Below, piece by piece: positions 48,801 to 61,663 of a stretch of DNA of 64,000 nucleotides (positions are counted from its first letter, which is position 1; every line of letters starts with the position of its first letter). The position numbers and the translations under genes are program-made. A model generated the notes under the pieces. The model was not told the origin of the DNA, ran no database searches, and was given only the letters and a program-made list of their open reading frames with translations. The stretch covers positions 12,090,001 to 12,154,000 of the forward strand of contig JBHGNT010000001.1 in NCBI GenBank assembly GCA_043228905.1. Reading direction: 5' to 3'. The DNA is from Azolla caroliniana. Taxonomy: Eukaryota; Plantae; Polypodiophyta.

Positions 48801-51156
48801 ATACCGGAACCGGCCCCGATCCCGAAATGGATTCGGATGAAGAAGAATCGGAAGAACCAGTTACCGAAGCTCCGGAACGGAGATATCCTCTAAGAGAGAG
48901 AAGGGCCCCCCGGAGATTTCCGGAACCAGAGCACGTGCTGCTAACCGACGAAGGGGAGCCGGAGAGCTTTGAAGAAGCAAAGCATGACACCCAGAGCCGC
49001 AGGTGGTTGAGTGCCATGCAGGACGAGATGGATTCCCTGCATGAGAACCACACATATGAACTTGTGGAGTTGCCGAAAGGAAAACGGGCACTCCGTAACA
49101 AGTGGGTGTTCAAGCTGAAACCGGGAGATGCCGGAAACCCCCCGAGATACAAAGCCAGGATCGTGGTGAAGGGGTTTCAGCAGAAGAAGGTCGTCGACTT
49201 CGACGAGATATTTGCCCCGGTAGTGAAGATGACCTCCATCCGGACGGTGCTGAGCATAGCGGCAAGCATGGACCTCGAGGTAGAACAGATGGACGTGAAG
49301 ACGGCATTCCTTCACGGTGACCTCGAAGAAGAGATCTACATGCAGCAACCGGAAGGATTCGAGAAGAAAGGGAAGGAGCACCTGGTATGCCGGTTGAAGA
49401 AGAGCCTTTACGGACTGAAGCAGGCTCCCCGGCAATGGTACCGGAAGTTCGACTCCTTCATGACCGACGAAGGGTACCTCAAAACGCAGTCCGACCACTG
49501 CGTGTTTGTGAAGAAGTTCGAAGGAGGAGACTCCCTAATACTCCTCCTGTACGTGGACGACATGTTGATCGTCGGACGGGACCAGGTCAAGATACGGATG
49601 CTGAAGAAGGCTCTTCACCGAACCTTCTCAATGAAGGACCTGGGTCCGGCGAGGCAAATACTAGGGATGCACATCATCCGGGACCGGAGCAAGAAGCAGT
49701 TGTGGCTGTCACAAGAGAAGTACGTGACAAAGGTGCTTCAACGGTTCAACATGTCGGAAGCAAGACCGGTCGGATCAACCCTACCGGCAAACTGCAAGTT
49801 GTCCAGCAAGCAAAGTCCCAAGACAAAGGCTGAAAAGGAGGATATGATGAAAGTGCCGTATGCCTCAGCTGTCGGGAGCTTGATGTACGCCATGGTGTGT
49901 ACGAGACCGAACATCGGATATGCAGTCGGAGTGGTGAGCCGGTACATGAGCAATCCCGGCAAAGAGCATTGGAACGCGGCCAAGTGGATACTCCGATACC
50001 TGAAGGGCACGGCAAACGTGTGCCTCCGATTCGGCTCCGGTAAGCCCGAACTCGACGGCTTCACCGATTCGGATATGTCGGCTGATGCAGATACCAGCCG
50101 GTCCACATCAGGGTATGTGATGACGTTTGCAGGGGGAGCTGTTTCGTGGCAGTCGAGGCTGCAGAAAACGGTTGCGTTGTCAACCACGGAGGCGGAGTAC
50201 ATGGCAGCTGTTGAAGCCGGCAAGGAAATAATATGGATGAAGGACTTCATTAGAGAGCTCGGTATCCGGCAAGAGGAGTACCGACTCTACTGCGACAGTC
50301 AGAGTGCCATCCACCTTGCGAAGAACGCAGCCTATCACTCCCGGACGAAGCACATCCAGCGAAGATATCACTGGATCCGGGAAAGGATAGAAGACAAGGA
50401 GTTCGTGCTGACGAAGATCCACACCGACGAGAACGGGTCGGATATGCTGACCAAGGTCCTCACACCCGACAAGCTGGAAGCATGCCGGAAGAGGGTCGGA
50501 TTGGAGAGACATCCCATGCCGAAGTGAAGGGGGAGTTTGTTGGGATTACGGTCCCTTCGGATGGGATGGTCGGATATCGGAGATGAATGCCGACAAGCCC
50601 GGTTTCGGTTTCGGATCCGGATGACGAAGACCCCGGCTTCGGTGCCGGATGACGAATGTACCCGGAGAGCAATCCGGATGCAGGGACATATCCGTGAATA
50701 TGTTCGTTATGGGCCCCTGAGGCTATAGTTGTAAATAGCCCTAAAGTCATATATGTATAAATATGACTTAGGGCAAATAGTTTTGGTGTTGCTTCTCATT
50801 TTTCTGTTTTTCCACTTTAGAGGAGTGAAGAGAGAGCAGCCGTGAGAGAGAGAAAGAGAGAGAGCGCGAGAGAGAAAGAGGTAGACGCCTCTGTGTATTT
50901 CCGCCGCCTGTGGCGAGGACAGCGAGCTCAAGGTCGTCGCCTTGGAGCTCGTCATTGTATACTTCTCTGTATAGTGTTGTTTGGAGTCTTGTACTCCCGT
51001 GGTTTTTCCCCGTTTAGGGTTTTCCACGTTAATCCTTGTGTACTCGCGTTTCTTCGTTTTGTTTCTACGTGTGTTTCCTATTTTCTGCTCCATTGATCCG
51101 CGATTAATCGGTTGTGGCCGAGATAAGAAGGTGGAGAGAAGCGTCAATTCTCAACA
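45806..51156 (+). mobile_element. Young full-length Ty1/copia LTR retrotransposon (LTRs 45806-46424 and 50538-51156, 619 bp each)
   Basis: LTRs appear identical by eye. TSD CTCTG (45801-45805 / 51157-51161). PBS TGGTATCAGAGC (tRNA-iMet) at 46428-46439. PPT just before 50538. Confidence 0.98.
46454..50527 (+). CDS. Copia gag-pol polyprotein (1357 aa): gag, zinc knuckle, protease, integrase, RT, RNaseH
   Basis: Single open frame from the first ATG after the PBS, with all copia motifs in order. Confidence 0.96.
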   Translation: MEGGGSGQPMMMVLNAQNYADWKIKMEDLLIVRDLYEPIDRSEIPKGVLESEWKLLNRKAVATIRQYVDVSVLQHVANDTNAYEMWKKLSGLYERKNALNRTSLMRKIVNLKYRDGESMVEHVSTFMGFVNQLAAIKFPLEDAMQAIILMCTLPDSWENLVVTLSTSCTEDNLSLQTVKTSILNEEARRRDKEPASDPKMLLTESERGRHWNRSPQRREKSGTRSQSRGRPTCFHCGKPGHFRKNCRHYRKDNGADDTDSKKSPERNGAYRGATDRRGSDRRGQDRKGTTALAASEEEIMLITEERELNLAGVEMTWVVDSGASFHLTPEKKYFSSYTAGEHGCVRMGNEGTCRIAGIGDVWLTTPTGCKMLLKDVRHVPEVRLNLISAGRLDDEGYTGSIRNGVMKFSKGSLIVARARKVNTLYLMNAWLCPEELNVAADTAGELWHKRLCHMSEKGMKRLAEDNLIPVKHVHLEKCTDCLAGKQNRTSFHSRPPTRRSAPLELVHTDVCQVETKSHGGAQYFVTFIDDHSRKLWTAPLKTKDQVLSVFKELHARVERESGKKLKAIRADNGGEYRGQFQEYCRSKGIRLEFTVPKTPELNGLAERMNRTIMERVRSMLAHAKLPKGFRAEAMSTATYVINRSPSVPLDGDTPQRVWTGKEVSYRHLKVFGCLAYVHVAKDRRGKLDPKTRPCIFLGYGDDEFGYRVWDPVDKKIFRSRDIIFMEDKTLADWESEKKMKSSKSIGEDQLYEEQSRPARDRLTLEDPAEDGEETEPAEEDENDTGTGPDPEMDSDEEESEEPVTEAPERRYPLRERRAPRRFPEPEHVLLTDEGEPESFEEAKHDTQSRRWLSAMQDEMDSLHENHTYELVELPKGKRALRNKWVFKLKPGDAGNPPRYKARIVVKGFQQKKVVDFDEIFAPVVKMTSIRTVLSIAASMDLEVEQMDVKTAFLHGDLEEEIYMQQPEGFEKKGKEHLVCRLKKSLYGLKQAPRQWYRKFDSFMTDEGYLKTQSDHCVFVKKFEGGDSLILLLYVDDMLIVGRDQVKIRMLKKALHRTFSMKDLGPARQILGMHIIRDRSKKQLWLSQEKYVTKVLQRFNMSEARPVGSTLPANCKLSSKQSPKTKAEKEDMMKVPYASAVGSLMYAMVCTRPNIGYAVGVVSRYMSNPGKEHWNAAKWILRYLKGTANVCLRFGSGKPELDGFTDSDMSADADTSRSTSGYVMTFAGGAVSWQSRLQKTVALSTTEAEYMAAVEAGKEIIWMKDFIRELGIRQEEYRLYCDSQSAIHLAKNAAYHSRTKHIQRRYHWIRERIEDKEFVLTKIHTDENGSDMLTKVLTPDKLEACRKRVGLERHPMPK

Positions 51157-51462
51157 CTCTGTAACTAAGAGAATGAGAGAGAATGAGTGAGTGAGAGTGA
51201 GTATACCTCCTCTGTAACCGTCGGTCTGACGAGGAAGAACTCAAGGTCGTTGCCTTGCAGTTTTTGTTTTATTCCTTTCTCCGATAGTGCTACAGTTTGG
51301 AGTTTGTTGATTCCCGTGGTTTTTCCCTATCATGATTTCCACAATAAAAATACTTGTGACTCTGTACTTTCACTTTCTATCCTCAGTTTTTCCTGTCAGT
51401 TCGATCTTTGCACCCGTGTATGCATATGTGTTAACCGATTGTGGCTGGTAGTATCCTCAACA

Positions 51463-54400
51463 AAAGCCTTATGCAAGGGACATACCATATGCTCTTGTCC
51501 TTCGATTGCAAATCCAAGAGGATGTTCATATAAACCTCTTCTTGTAAGTCCGCCATTCAAAAAATTTGTTTTTACATCCAATTGATGCACTTTCCAACCA
51601 TAATGGGTAAGCCAATGCAACCATAGTACAAATGGTAATCGCGCATGAAGTAGGTGCAAAAGTCTCCTCATCGTCAATGCCATGTTTTTGTGCATAACCT
51701 TTTGCAACTAATTTGGCTTTGTAGCGATGCTACCATCTGACTTTCTTTTCATTTTGTAAACCCACATAGTACCAATGGCATTCTTCCCTTTTGGCAAATC
51801 AAATAACTCCCAAGTACCATTCTTTTGGATTGAATCCAATTTTGATTGCATTGCATCCATCCAATTTGAATAATCACATGCATCTTCAAAAGTGAGTGGT
51901 TCTTCATTACATGCTATTGCAATAAGAGATACATCCACAAAATCACTTGATGTATTGTGAGATCTTGATCTTCTTCTACCAAGTAAAGGAGCACTCAATT
52001 TGCTATCTTACAATGTGTTTTGCAACCATTTAGGCATAGATTGTGCATCCTTGATACACTTGTGTTCCTCATGTAATACATCATCCAAATTTACATCATT
52101 AGTGGGTTGAATATCATGCTCATTTTTAGCGATATGTGGCTGCAAGTTCTTAACTCTTTGAGCCTCATTTGGATGATTTTCATGGTCATAGTCAAACGCA
52201 CCACTTTGAAACAAAGGCATGAGTGTATCTGACACATCTTTGGAACTAGTTGTTGGTTGAAATTTGCATTCAACTAAAGGATAAGTTGAATGTTTAGTGA
52301 GTACCACATCTCGACTTACAATAATCTTGTCCATCAATGGATGATATAGTCGATAACCTTTACTCCCACTGTCATATCCAACAAATATACATTTCTTTGC
52401 CTTGTCATCAAGTTTGTGTCGTTGTTTTGATGACACAAGGGCATATGCCAAACAACCAAAATGTGCATATGGTAACCATTGGCTTTCACCGATTCCAAGC
52501 TTCATATAGTGTCATGACTCTCAATGCTTTTGTTGGGCAACGATTCAATATATAATTATCAAACATGACCTCTTCTAGCCAAAACTTATGTGGAAGGTGC
52601 TTTCCTTTAACCATACATATTACCATTTCAAGGAGTGTCCTATTCTTGTGCTCTATAACACGATTTTGTTGAGGTGTATATGGCATTGTACATTGTGAGA
52701 AATACCTCTCTCGCTAAGAAAAGCATTAAACTCATGTGACATCTATTCACCGCCCAATCCGTGCGAAGAGTCAAAAGCTTGTGGCCACAAAAATCTTGAA
52801 GTAAATAAATACTTCAATCTTTGTTTTCATAGGATACACCCATGTATGGTGTGCTCATCATCAATGAAGGTAACAAATTATGGCATCTTGATTGGTCCAC
52901 ATACATCACTATGAACAAGTTGCAATTTTCTTGAAGCATGAGTAGCACCATCTTTGGGAAAAAGCTCATGATGCATATTGCCAAGTATACAACCTTCACA
53001 TGCATGTTTTACAATGGACTCAAGTGTTGGCAAACCAATAACCATATCCTTCTTTTGCATGTAAAGCAAACCATAGTATGAACCATACACGCATTCGCAT
53101 TCGCGAATGTTTCAATCATTCGAGTATGGTAAATACCATACTTTTGGATTAACTATTTATTATGAGGTAAATAAACCTAAAAAAAAGGATAAAAACAAAA
53201 AAAAAACTTTAAAGAAGGGGGGGGGGAAAACACAAGAATGTTTGAATAACATTCGCATTCATTTTCCAACGTAGGAAAACGAATGTTATGCTAGAAGAAC
53301 ACGAATTTTACGTACTATGAAGCAAACTATGGAATTTAAATGACCAAAACGAGCATGCCATAAGTTTGTATCAACCATAGAAGGAGTGTGTCTAAGTAGG
53401 GCATTTGAGGCAACTCCCTTATATGTATCCAAACGATACAAACCATTACATAATGTCCCGGACATCACAATCACATCACCCTTGTTGAAATCATGAACTA
53501 TACATTTGTTATCAACAAAGTGTACATGAAGTCCCACATTGGCAATACTAGGAACCTTAATCAAATTTTTCTTGATACCATGTACATATAATGCATTCTT
53601 GAGGGTAACAATACCTCCATTTGCAACCATAAGCTGAATTTCACCAACTCCAACAAGAGGACATTGTTTTCACATACCACATGTCCCCCATTGGGTGTAC
53701 CTTTCAAAGATGCAAAAAAAATTTGCATGAAGGATTTGTTTTGAAGCACCACTATTAAAAAACCAATCTGAATTAACCTCATTAACAACTATGAATGATG
53801 AATCATAATTACATGTGATGACACATGCCCAAATATCTTGAGCAACATTAGCTTCATCATATGTGGCATTAGATGTGTTCTCAACAATAGACATGCCAGT
53901 TTCCTTCTTATTTTCATTATGTTTGGCAATCTTTTTACATTCATCAATAATATGTCCACCTTTTCGACGATACTTGCATCTCTTCTTCTTTTGCATATCA
54001 CCATCATGAGATGAAGAAGTGGAAGAGGAAGATTGAGGCTTTGATTTTGATGAACCCAAAGTTGAACCATACTTGCTTTTACCCTTTTGTGTAATAGAAA
54101 GATGTTTCCTCAATCAAAGTGTTTCTATTCACTCTTGATTGCTCTTCTTGCAAAAGAAGAGACAACCTCATCAAAAGCATACATATTAGGATCCCCTTTA
54201 GCAACCAAACAAAGTGTAGAGGCAAAAATTTGAAATGATTATTGAAATCTTTTGAGTAGTGCGCAAATGAACAATTTGCATTCGGAATTAGTTCATTAAT
54301 GGTTGCCAATTGCTCTTTCAAATCTTTAATGTGTGTAACGTATACATCCATTGACTCATTTTCAAGTTGCTTTCTTAAGTAAGCAACATGTGCTTCATTA

Positions 54401-54563
54401 TGCACTGCATACAATGAAGTAGAGTATCCCAAGCTTGTTTTGATGTAGCACATGACTGAAGATGGGGAATAATATGTTGCTTCACTGAATGGGCAATCAA
54501 TGCATGAGCTTGAGAATCCTTTCCATCCCATCTCAATTGCTCATGTGTGAGTGCAAAAGGCAT
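51463..54563 (-). mobile_element. Old degenerate copia element of a different, AT-rich family
   Basis: Minus-strand fragments: gag, LWHARFGHLN, LVHSDVCGP, PYTPQQN, KLDDKAKKCIFVGY, WELFDLPKGKNAIG, VHQLDVKTNFLNG. Confidence 0.85.
53072..53319. mobile_element. hAT-like MITE inserted in the old copia
   Basis: Termini CATAGTATG / CGTACTATG. Perfect 8-bp TSD AAGCAAAC (53064-53071, 53320-53327). Confidence 0.85.
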
Positions 54564-55105
54564 TATCGTTGTTGTACTTAGAACGTTGAGAACAACTTCT
54601 ATTAAGTTTGTGTGGGAGTGAGGAATCAGAAACTAGAAGCACAAAGAAGAGTGAAGAAGCAAATCACACGAAGAAGAAGAAAGAGGATAGTTGGAAGAGC
54701 TCTCAATTCACTATGATGAATAACGTCTCTATAAGTATGAGTGAAGCGAGAGTTATGTATGAAACCCTAACTTCCCTAAGTACTATGTACTACCACATAT
54801 GAGTATATCATGTATATGTGGTTACATAGGGAAAAAACCTCTAGCTAGCTCTAGAGTAAAAGTACCCATGTCTAGGGAAATGGTTCACATCAAAGCTACT
54901 CGAGGGACACATAAGTGTAACAACTTCGTCATGGCTCTAAGAAGTTGAAATGGATGTTACTAGAAATACGAGATGAATTGTGGCCTACAATCCAATGATG
55001 TTGTTTGGAAGTCCACGGGGTTGAACAATATTTGCGAGTACCATATTTGATGTATCTGCAATAGAGATGGTAATCTTCAAAATGAACCATCTTTGTAATG
55101 TGGTA

Positions 55106-55380
55106 ACGAAAGGTTTGGGATGAAGTCCTTTGGAATTGAAGTTCATGGTCGGGTTAGAACCAAAAGTGCTTGAAGGAGGTTGTAGGGATGATGATAAGGT
55201 TCTTGGAGTGAGCACAAATAACACAGTCATATGATATTACAAGTGTCATGTCATATCCTTTAGTTAATGAAAGGTTTGCGATGAAGTCCTTTGGAAGTGA
55301 AGACCATGGTCAAGTTAGAACCAAAAATGCTTGAAGGAGGCTCTAGGGACGATGACATGGTCGTTGGAGTGAGCACAAAT
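55106..55380. repeat. Direct repeat of about 115 bp (two diverged copies)
   Basis: GAAAGGTTTG.GATGAAGTCCTTTGGAA...GGAGTGAGCACAAAT at about 55106-55219 and 55266-55380. Confidence 0.75.
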
Positions 55381-55892
55381 GTTATATGATTTGATGAACT
55401 CCTTGACTAGTTGTTGCGACTACCATAAGTTTTGCATTGTTAGCTTGAGAGTTTCCAACAGGTAGAACAATATCGTTGTTGAGCTTTGATTTTGTTGGCG
55501 AGCTGATCAATAATTGTGGCCACAAAAATGTCACCAACAATTGGATTGACTGTGGGGGCGCACCAAGAGAGGGCATCCACTTTTCAATGTTGGGGGTCAG
55601 TTGTTGCATTGTTGTATGCTTTTCCTTGTTAAGCTACAAACAAAACAATTGACACTTTTCGGTATATGGTGAATGTGCCCAGTCAAATGATCCAAAGTAG
55701 GCATAAGAGTGGGATTGTTGGAAGATATACGAAAACGATCGGGCGATGTTTTTTAGGGATTTTGGTAAAAAACTAGAATGGTATTTTATAGCGAGTTTAG
55801 TAAAATAAAATAATACAAGCATTAAACCAAGTTGTGTTTACGAGGTGTGTACATAAACATTCTTTTCCTGATAGCATTTACCACATATGTAA

Positions 55893-56055
55893 GGCATGTT
55901 TATGATCGCCCCCATAAAGTAAGTAGTAGAAGGGGGGTTGAGCCCCAGGATTTGGTAGGGACATAACATATGGAATGGATGGCTTCGGCTACCAAATCCT
56001 AGGGCCCAACACCTGCTACGACTTACTTTGTGGGGGGGACGATTATAAACACGGC
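55893..56055. mobile_element. Tourist/PIF-Harbinger-like MITE in the BCKDH promoter region
   Basis: About 40-bp imperfect TIRs (GGCATGTTTATGATCGCCCCCATAAAGTAAG / CTTACTTTGTGGGGGGACGATTATAAACACGGC). Flanks TAA / TCA. Confidence 0.6.
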
Positions 56056-56345
56056 TCACAGATGTCAGTACCGACATATCCAATCAATTTTCATGCTTTA
56101 TTCGATCTTTCCGAGATCTGGTAGCCCCCTCTTTATAACTATTAATTAGTTTTCTCTTCCTCCCCCAAAGATAACACCAAATTGTATGTATATATGTATG
56201 TCAATCTCAATAGAGTCCTCTTTTTTTTGTTTTTATTCCCTCCGCCTCGTCATCATCAATATCTGTTCTGTTCTTTCTGGAGCAGTACAAGTAATCTAAA
56301 TTTATTTAGGAATCGAAACAAGAGCAGACCCGAGAAACTGTGAAG

Positions 56346-56673
56346 ATGAGGAGATCATCTTTGAACTTGAAGAGGTTTTACAGCGTAATTCATGGCAATG
56401 GAAAGCGAGGGATGTCTACCCAACAACAGCAGCAGGTGTGTGACAGCCACACCAACTTAAAGAAGATGAATATGGTCTCTGCAATTAACAATGCTCTGCA
56501 ACTTACCCTCGAGTCTGATCCAAGGTATGTAGTCCACAAAAAATTATGATATCTTCAAATTGTATAGTTTTCACGGGAAGGTTTGCATGTAAATTTGTGG
56601 TAACACTTGCATATAAGTTTATGTGGTAAGGTTTTGATGTATATAAATTCACATATTTAACTTCATTATATGT

Positions 56674-56733
<60 letters not shown>

Positions 56734-59700
56734 GTATGTATTCCTATTAACATTTACACAGATCTAAAATCGTGGTACATGCAAATTCATGGTAAGATTT
56801 GTACACATGTAAATTCATGACAAGATTGTTAAATATGTAATTTTGATGTTAGATTTGCACTATATATATTTATGGTGGATTTCAATATATAAATTCAAGG
56901 TAGATGTACATGTGATGAATGATCAGCTATGAAGTTGATGATTTTTACCTGTGAGAGCTCAAATTAGGATGAAATGGCTTAACTCTTCTAGTTCTCTTTA
57001 TTGACGGAGATAACAAATTTTTATGTGGTGATGATGGACATGGTTTATATCTGTGGTTTGATGTAAGTTTTGTATAGATTCATGGTCAATTTTCCTGCGA
57101 TCATCTAGCATGTTGATATATATTTTGTAAGGGTGCTCAAGTTATGATAGTTTATGATTTATAAGGGTGTTCATGTTATGGTAAAAAATTTATTTATTAT
57201 TTAGAAGGGTGTTCAAGTTTGATGAAAAAAGCTATTTAGCTCTTTTCCATCTGATGATAGACATGGATTAATTATGTGGTTCGATGTAGGTCATATATCT
57301 TTGGAGAAGATGTGAGTTTTGGTGGTGTTTTCCGATGTACGACAGGGCTGGCGGATACATTTGGGAAGCATCGTGTCTTCAACACACCTTTATGTGAACA
57401 AGTATTCTGATTTTCTACGTGCCTATCTGATTGTCTGGCTGTAATTGAAATAGAGTTCAAATACAGACTGAAGAAATTTATAGAAAGTGTGTAACCTACA
57501 TCAAAACCACACAATGATTCAGGGCAGCCTTGATGTATTATCCTATGCATGCATACATAACACACATAACATGCATAACGTACATGCATACCATGCAAAA
57601 TGTACAAATACATACATGCATTCATGTATATATTATACTCTTGAAAAACTGTGCTACTGATTGAGGTGATATTTTGCGAGGAGATTCATTAAATCTAAGA
57701 GTGTCTTTTCAGGGAATTATTGGTTTTGGCATTGGCTTGGCTGCAATGGTGAGGCTATTATTCTGCGATGGTAGTAATTAGTTATTCACCTTTCCCTGCT
57801 TTATTTTCTTTGGATTATTTATCTCATACTTAAAATTTCCCTTTTGGTGCTCTATATCATAGGGTAATAGAGCTATAGCTGAAATCCAATTTGCAGACTA
57901 TATCTACCCTGCATTTGATCAGGTGCTATGCTTTAAAAGATTCGAGTAAGGGTTGAGTATTAAAGGAATTATTTAAAAAAATAAAGCCGAAAATAGGATC
58001 TTTTGGATGCACAGAATGCAGTAACATGAATGTTAGGGGATAGCTTGTGACAGATAGTTAATGAAGCTGCAAAGTTCCGTTATAGAAGTGGAAACCAGTT
58101 TAACTGTGGTGGTAAGAGCATGGCATAGCTAAAGATCAATAACGAGCTATTGTTTAGTTTTATCAATATTTGTTATATATGGATTGTGTTGATTTATCCA
58201 GGTCTCACTATACGAACACCATATGGGGCTGTTGGGCATGGTGGTCACTATCATTCACAGTCCCCAGAGTCATTTTTCTGCCATGTCCCAGGTCTCAAGG
58301 TAGGTGCTCTTCACATAAGATTGAAACCCCTCTAAAATGAAGTAATGGAAATAAACAATTAAGGAAAAAATAAGGGTAGTTGAAGTGATAAACAATGACT
58401 AATGTTCCAAGTTGAACTAGCTAAAAGGAAAAGAAAAAGGGTAGTTGAAGTGATAAACAATGACCAATGTTCCAAGTTGAATTAGCTGAAAGGGAAAAAA
58501 AAACGGTAGTTGAATCCTATAATTTATCCATGTGTATCTATTAACTTTCTAAATATATGCATATATCAACAATACATATTTTAACAGCAATAGAGTTAGT
58601 ATCTCTAGTCTTTTTGAACGTTTGTAATTAAATCTCTAGAATTTAGGCAGATTGAGACTGACAAGACGCAAGGATTATTTATTTAAGGGTTCATTGTCCT
58701 AGCTTTTAGGATTTTATTCAAATCTGACAACAACTTTCTTGGAAGGAAGTTTCTTACATGTGATTGTGTTGATTAAGAAGAACGGCTTTGACTGTAATTG
58801 AAAGAACTCTTTTGCCAAATCAAGAGGATGTGCTAAAGCCTTGTTTTTCTGGAGCTAGTGTTTCGTCAAAATTAGTCTTCTTTCATCGTACTACATAGAG
58901 CTCTATTACAATCTCTATGGTTGAACTTGCCCTTACACTTGAAGGTTGATGGTGCTCATAAGTTTGATAAGAATTTAGGCTATTTAGGAAATTAGATATG
59001 TATTCAAATGAACTAAAAGAAAAAAATGCAGTACTTTCACTAACAATAAATTTACATCATTCTAAAAAACTTAGTTCGAAACCAATTATTTGGTTTAAAG
59101 TATATTTTTCTAAATAAAAGAATGTCAAGATGATTGCATATATAAAAAATGCAAAATTTGTATCAATTATTTGGAGTTTGTTTTAAAAGTAGTTCAGTTC
59201 ACTGAAAATAAAATATCAATAAATTAGTTATTATCTGATTTATATAGATTTCTAGCAAATTTTCGAAAACAAATGTCAGAATTTCCATAATCTGTATGTG
59301 ATAGGAATTGTTTCTAGATATCATTTTAGGATATGCTATTCGATAATTAGACATTCTCCTTTATAATGGAAGTTAATACTTAATTATTCTCTTCTATGCA
59401 AAGGTTGTGATTCCAAGAAGCCCGAGTCAGGCCAAAGGCTTGTTGCTAGCTTCAATTAGGGATCCAAATCCTGTAATATTTTTTGAACCCAAGGTAACTA
59501 TCATATTGCCATACTAACCGAACACCTCAATTTGGTATCCTCCATTAATTTGTTCTTAACTGTTAATTTTTATTAGTATTTACAAATTATTATGTAGTGG
59601 CTTTATCGTCAAGCAGTTGATGATGTTCGTGAAGATGACTATGTATTACCATTATCTCATGCGGAGGTATTCATTTTTTTTTATGCAAATCTAGCAACAA

Positions 59701-61663
59701 TGTATTTGTTCGGTAGCTTTGCTTTTTTAGTTTCATAACTGAGTTATGAATTATGTCACGAAGAGATGATGTATTTTATAAACTTAAAAATCGCGAATTT
59801 AATTTCTTATGTTATGCCAGATTGTTCGTAGTGGAAGTGATATAACAGTTGTCGGATGGGGAGCACAAATGGCTATATTAGATCAAGCTTGTAATGATGC
59901 AGCCAAGGTAAGAATTAAGTTGCACAAGAGTAAAATCTTCAGGACTTGCTTTTTATACGATCCAATAACAGAAAGGATCTTGACAACTTAGAGATATAAA
60001 ATCGAGGAGCAAGCATTGCAGATATTTGGAGTCTGAGAGATAGATATGAATAAGAGTGGGAGAAAAGATAACCTCAACAATTTGAGCTCTCCGTAACTAT
60101 CCTATGAATGAATAATATACGAAGGTGCAAAATATCTGTACATTAGATGCTAAATCCAGATGGAGATGGAACTTGCTATATACATATTTGATTCCTCTCG
60201 ACCAGAAACCATTCAAACTACTGGAAATTGACTAGCTAATACCCAATCATTGGACACTTGTTTACAGTGCACTGTTTGAACTAGTTATAAAATCAAGTTA
60301 ATCTTCAAATAACATTAGAAAATGATAGGTCGTTGATTAAAAAATAACTTGCTTTGTTTGCATGTAACAAGTTCTTTCGTATCACATGCTCATTTTAGCC
60401 TGCATTTCTCTTGCCCTATACTGTGATAAGCCTGCATGTATTTGGACTTACGATTTTGTTATTGTATATTATTTTGCTAAATACTTTGGTATGATCCACA
60501 GGATGGCATCTCTTGTGAGCTTATTGACTTGAGAACTTTGTTACCATGGGACAAGGAGTGTGTGGAGGCATCTGTAAACAAAACTGGACGTCTTCTTGTA
60601 GGTTTTCCAATAGAGCAAAACACCCAAAAATACCCCTTGTCAGATTCCTTTTCTAGAATATCCCCCTTATAATAGCAAATTTTCTACTACAGCTAGTAAT
60701 TTTTTTAAAGCCAAATTAGATTTCTATTTTGAGCCAAAGAAAGAGTTCTCTGTTTCACAAGTTTTTAGTTTTCTCATGTATCAGGTGAGTCATGAGGCAC
60801 CAATCACTGGTGGATTTGGGGCTGAAATTGCAGCTGCAATTGTTGAACGGTGCTTTTTACGGGTAAAATCATAAGAATGTCACTAATATGAATCGTGATA
60901 TGGCAATCTATATTATTATAAAAGTGGGTTTAAATATTTTACTGATGAAAATGATCCTTTAATAAATTATGATTCAGTACATAAGCTGATTCTCAAAACA
61001 AAAAAAATTTAGAAGTTTGAAATGGACTTTTGTGCTAAGGAATGAGATGTATTTTCTATTTTTTTAGTTGTGGATTATATTATTTTTACAGTTTCGTTTA
61101 CTATTTATATTGTTGAACTGATGCTTATGTGAAGTCTTTATCCAGCTTGAAGCACCTGTATCAAGAGTTTGTGGACTCGATACACCATTTCCCCTTGTTT
61201 TTGAACCATTCTACATGCCCACAAAGAACAAGGTAATTCTCATATTACACTCTTGAGAAAACGGAATTTGATAATACTTCCTGCCTATGGTTTTCTTCAA
61301 GTTTTGACACCAAGAATGTATGTGAAAAAAGATGTTTTAAACTAGGAAATATATGGTTTAAAAAATCTGGTGTTGTAGAGATGTGTTATTTTATCTGAGA
61401 GATAACTAATCACATGATCATATAAATGATTACATATGATTACATATAAATGAGTTTCTCCTCCAATAATCATAAAGAAATGTGGCTTTAATTTTTGCAA
61501 TTATAGGAAGGCGTGCTGTGTGCACATAACTATTTTTCTTTGTTGTTGTCTGGTGGGCATGTCTAACTAGCTTCATAGAATTGGAAAAGGAAATTAAGTA
61601 TTTCTTACGTTTTCAATGTATATACAGGTGTTGGAGGCTATCAGAGCTTCAGTTAACTATTGA
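56346..61663 (+). CDS. BCKDHB: Branched-chain alpha-keto acid dehydrogenase E1 beta subunit, mitochondrial; 13 exons (56346-56524, 57290-57401, 57713-57748, 57863-57922, 58054-58111, 58202-58299, 59404-59493, 59598-59666, 59821-59907, 60502-60597, 60785-60862, 61146-61232, 61628-61663), 361 aa
   Basis: Motifs [86 protein letters not shown] and [10 protein letters not shown]. All introns are GT-AG and the frame is intact. Confidence 0.96.

Larger units (their letters stand above)
43010..51462 (+). mobile_element. Older, internally deleted copia element; its 3' LTR (45500-45805 + 51162-51462) is split by a younger copia
   Basis: Integrase fragment (ELWHKRLCH), RT and RNaseH fragments, PPT GAAGGGGGAG at 45488-45497, and an LTR starting TGTTAGGAAAT at 45500 and ending CAACA at 51462. 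Confidence 0.82.

Noticed and set aside
46433-50512. Antisense and alternate-frame ORFs over copia pol (also at 304-2645 and 31786-34617)
   Set aside because: These are shadow ORFs of GC-rich coding sequence with no independent motifs.
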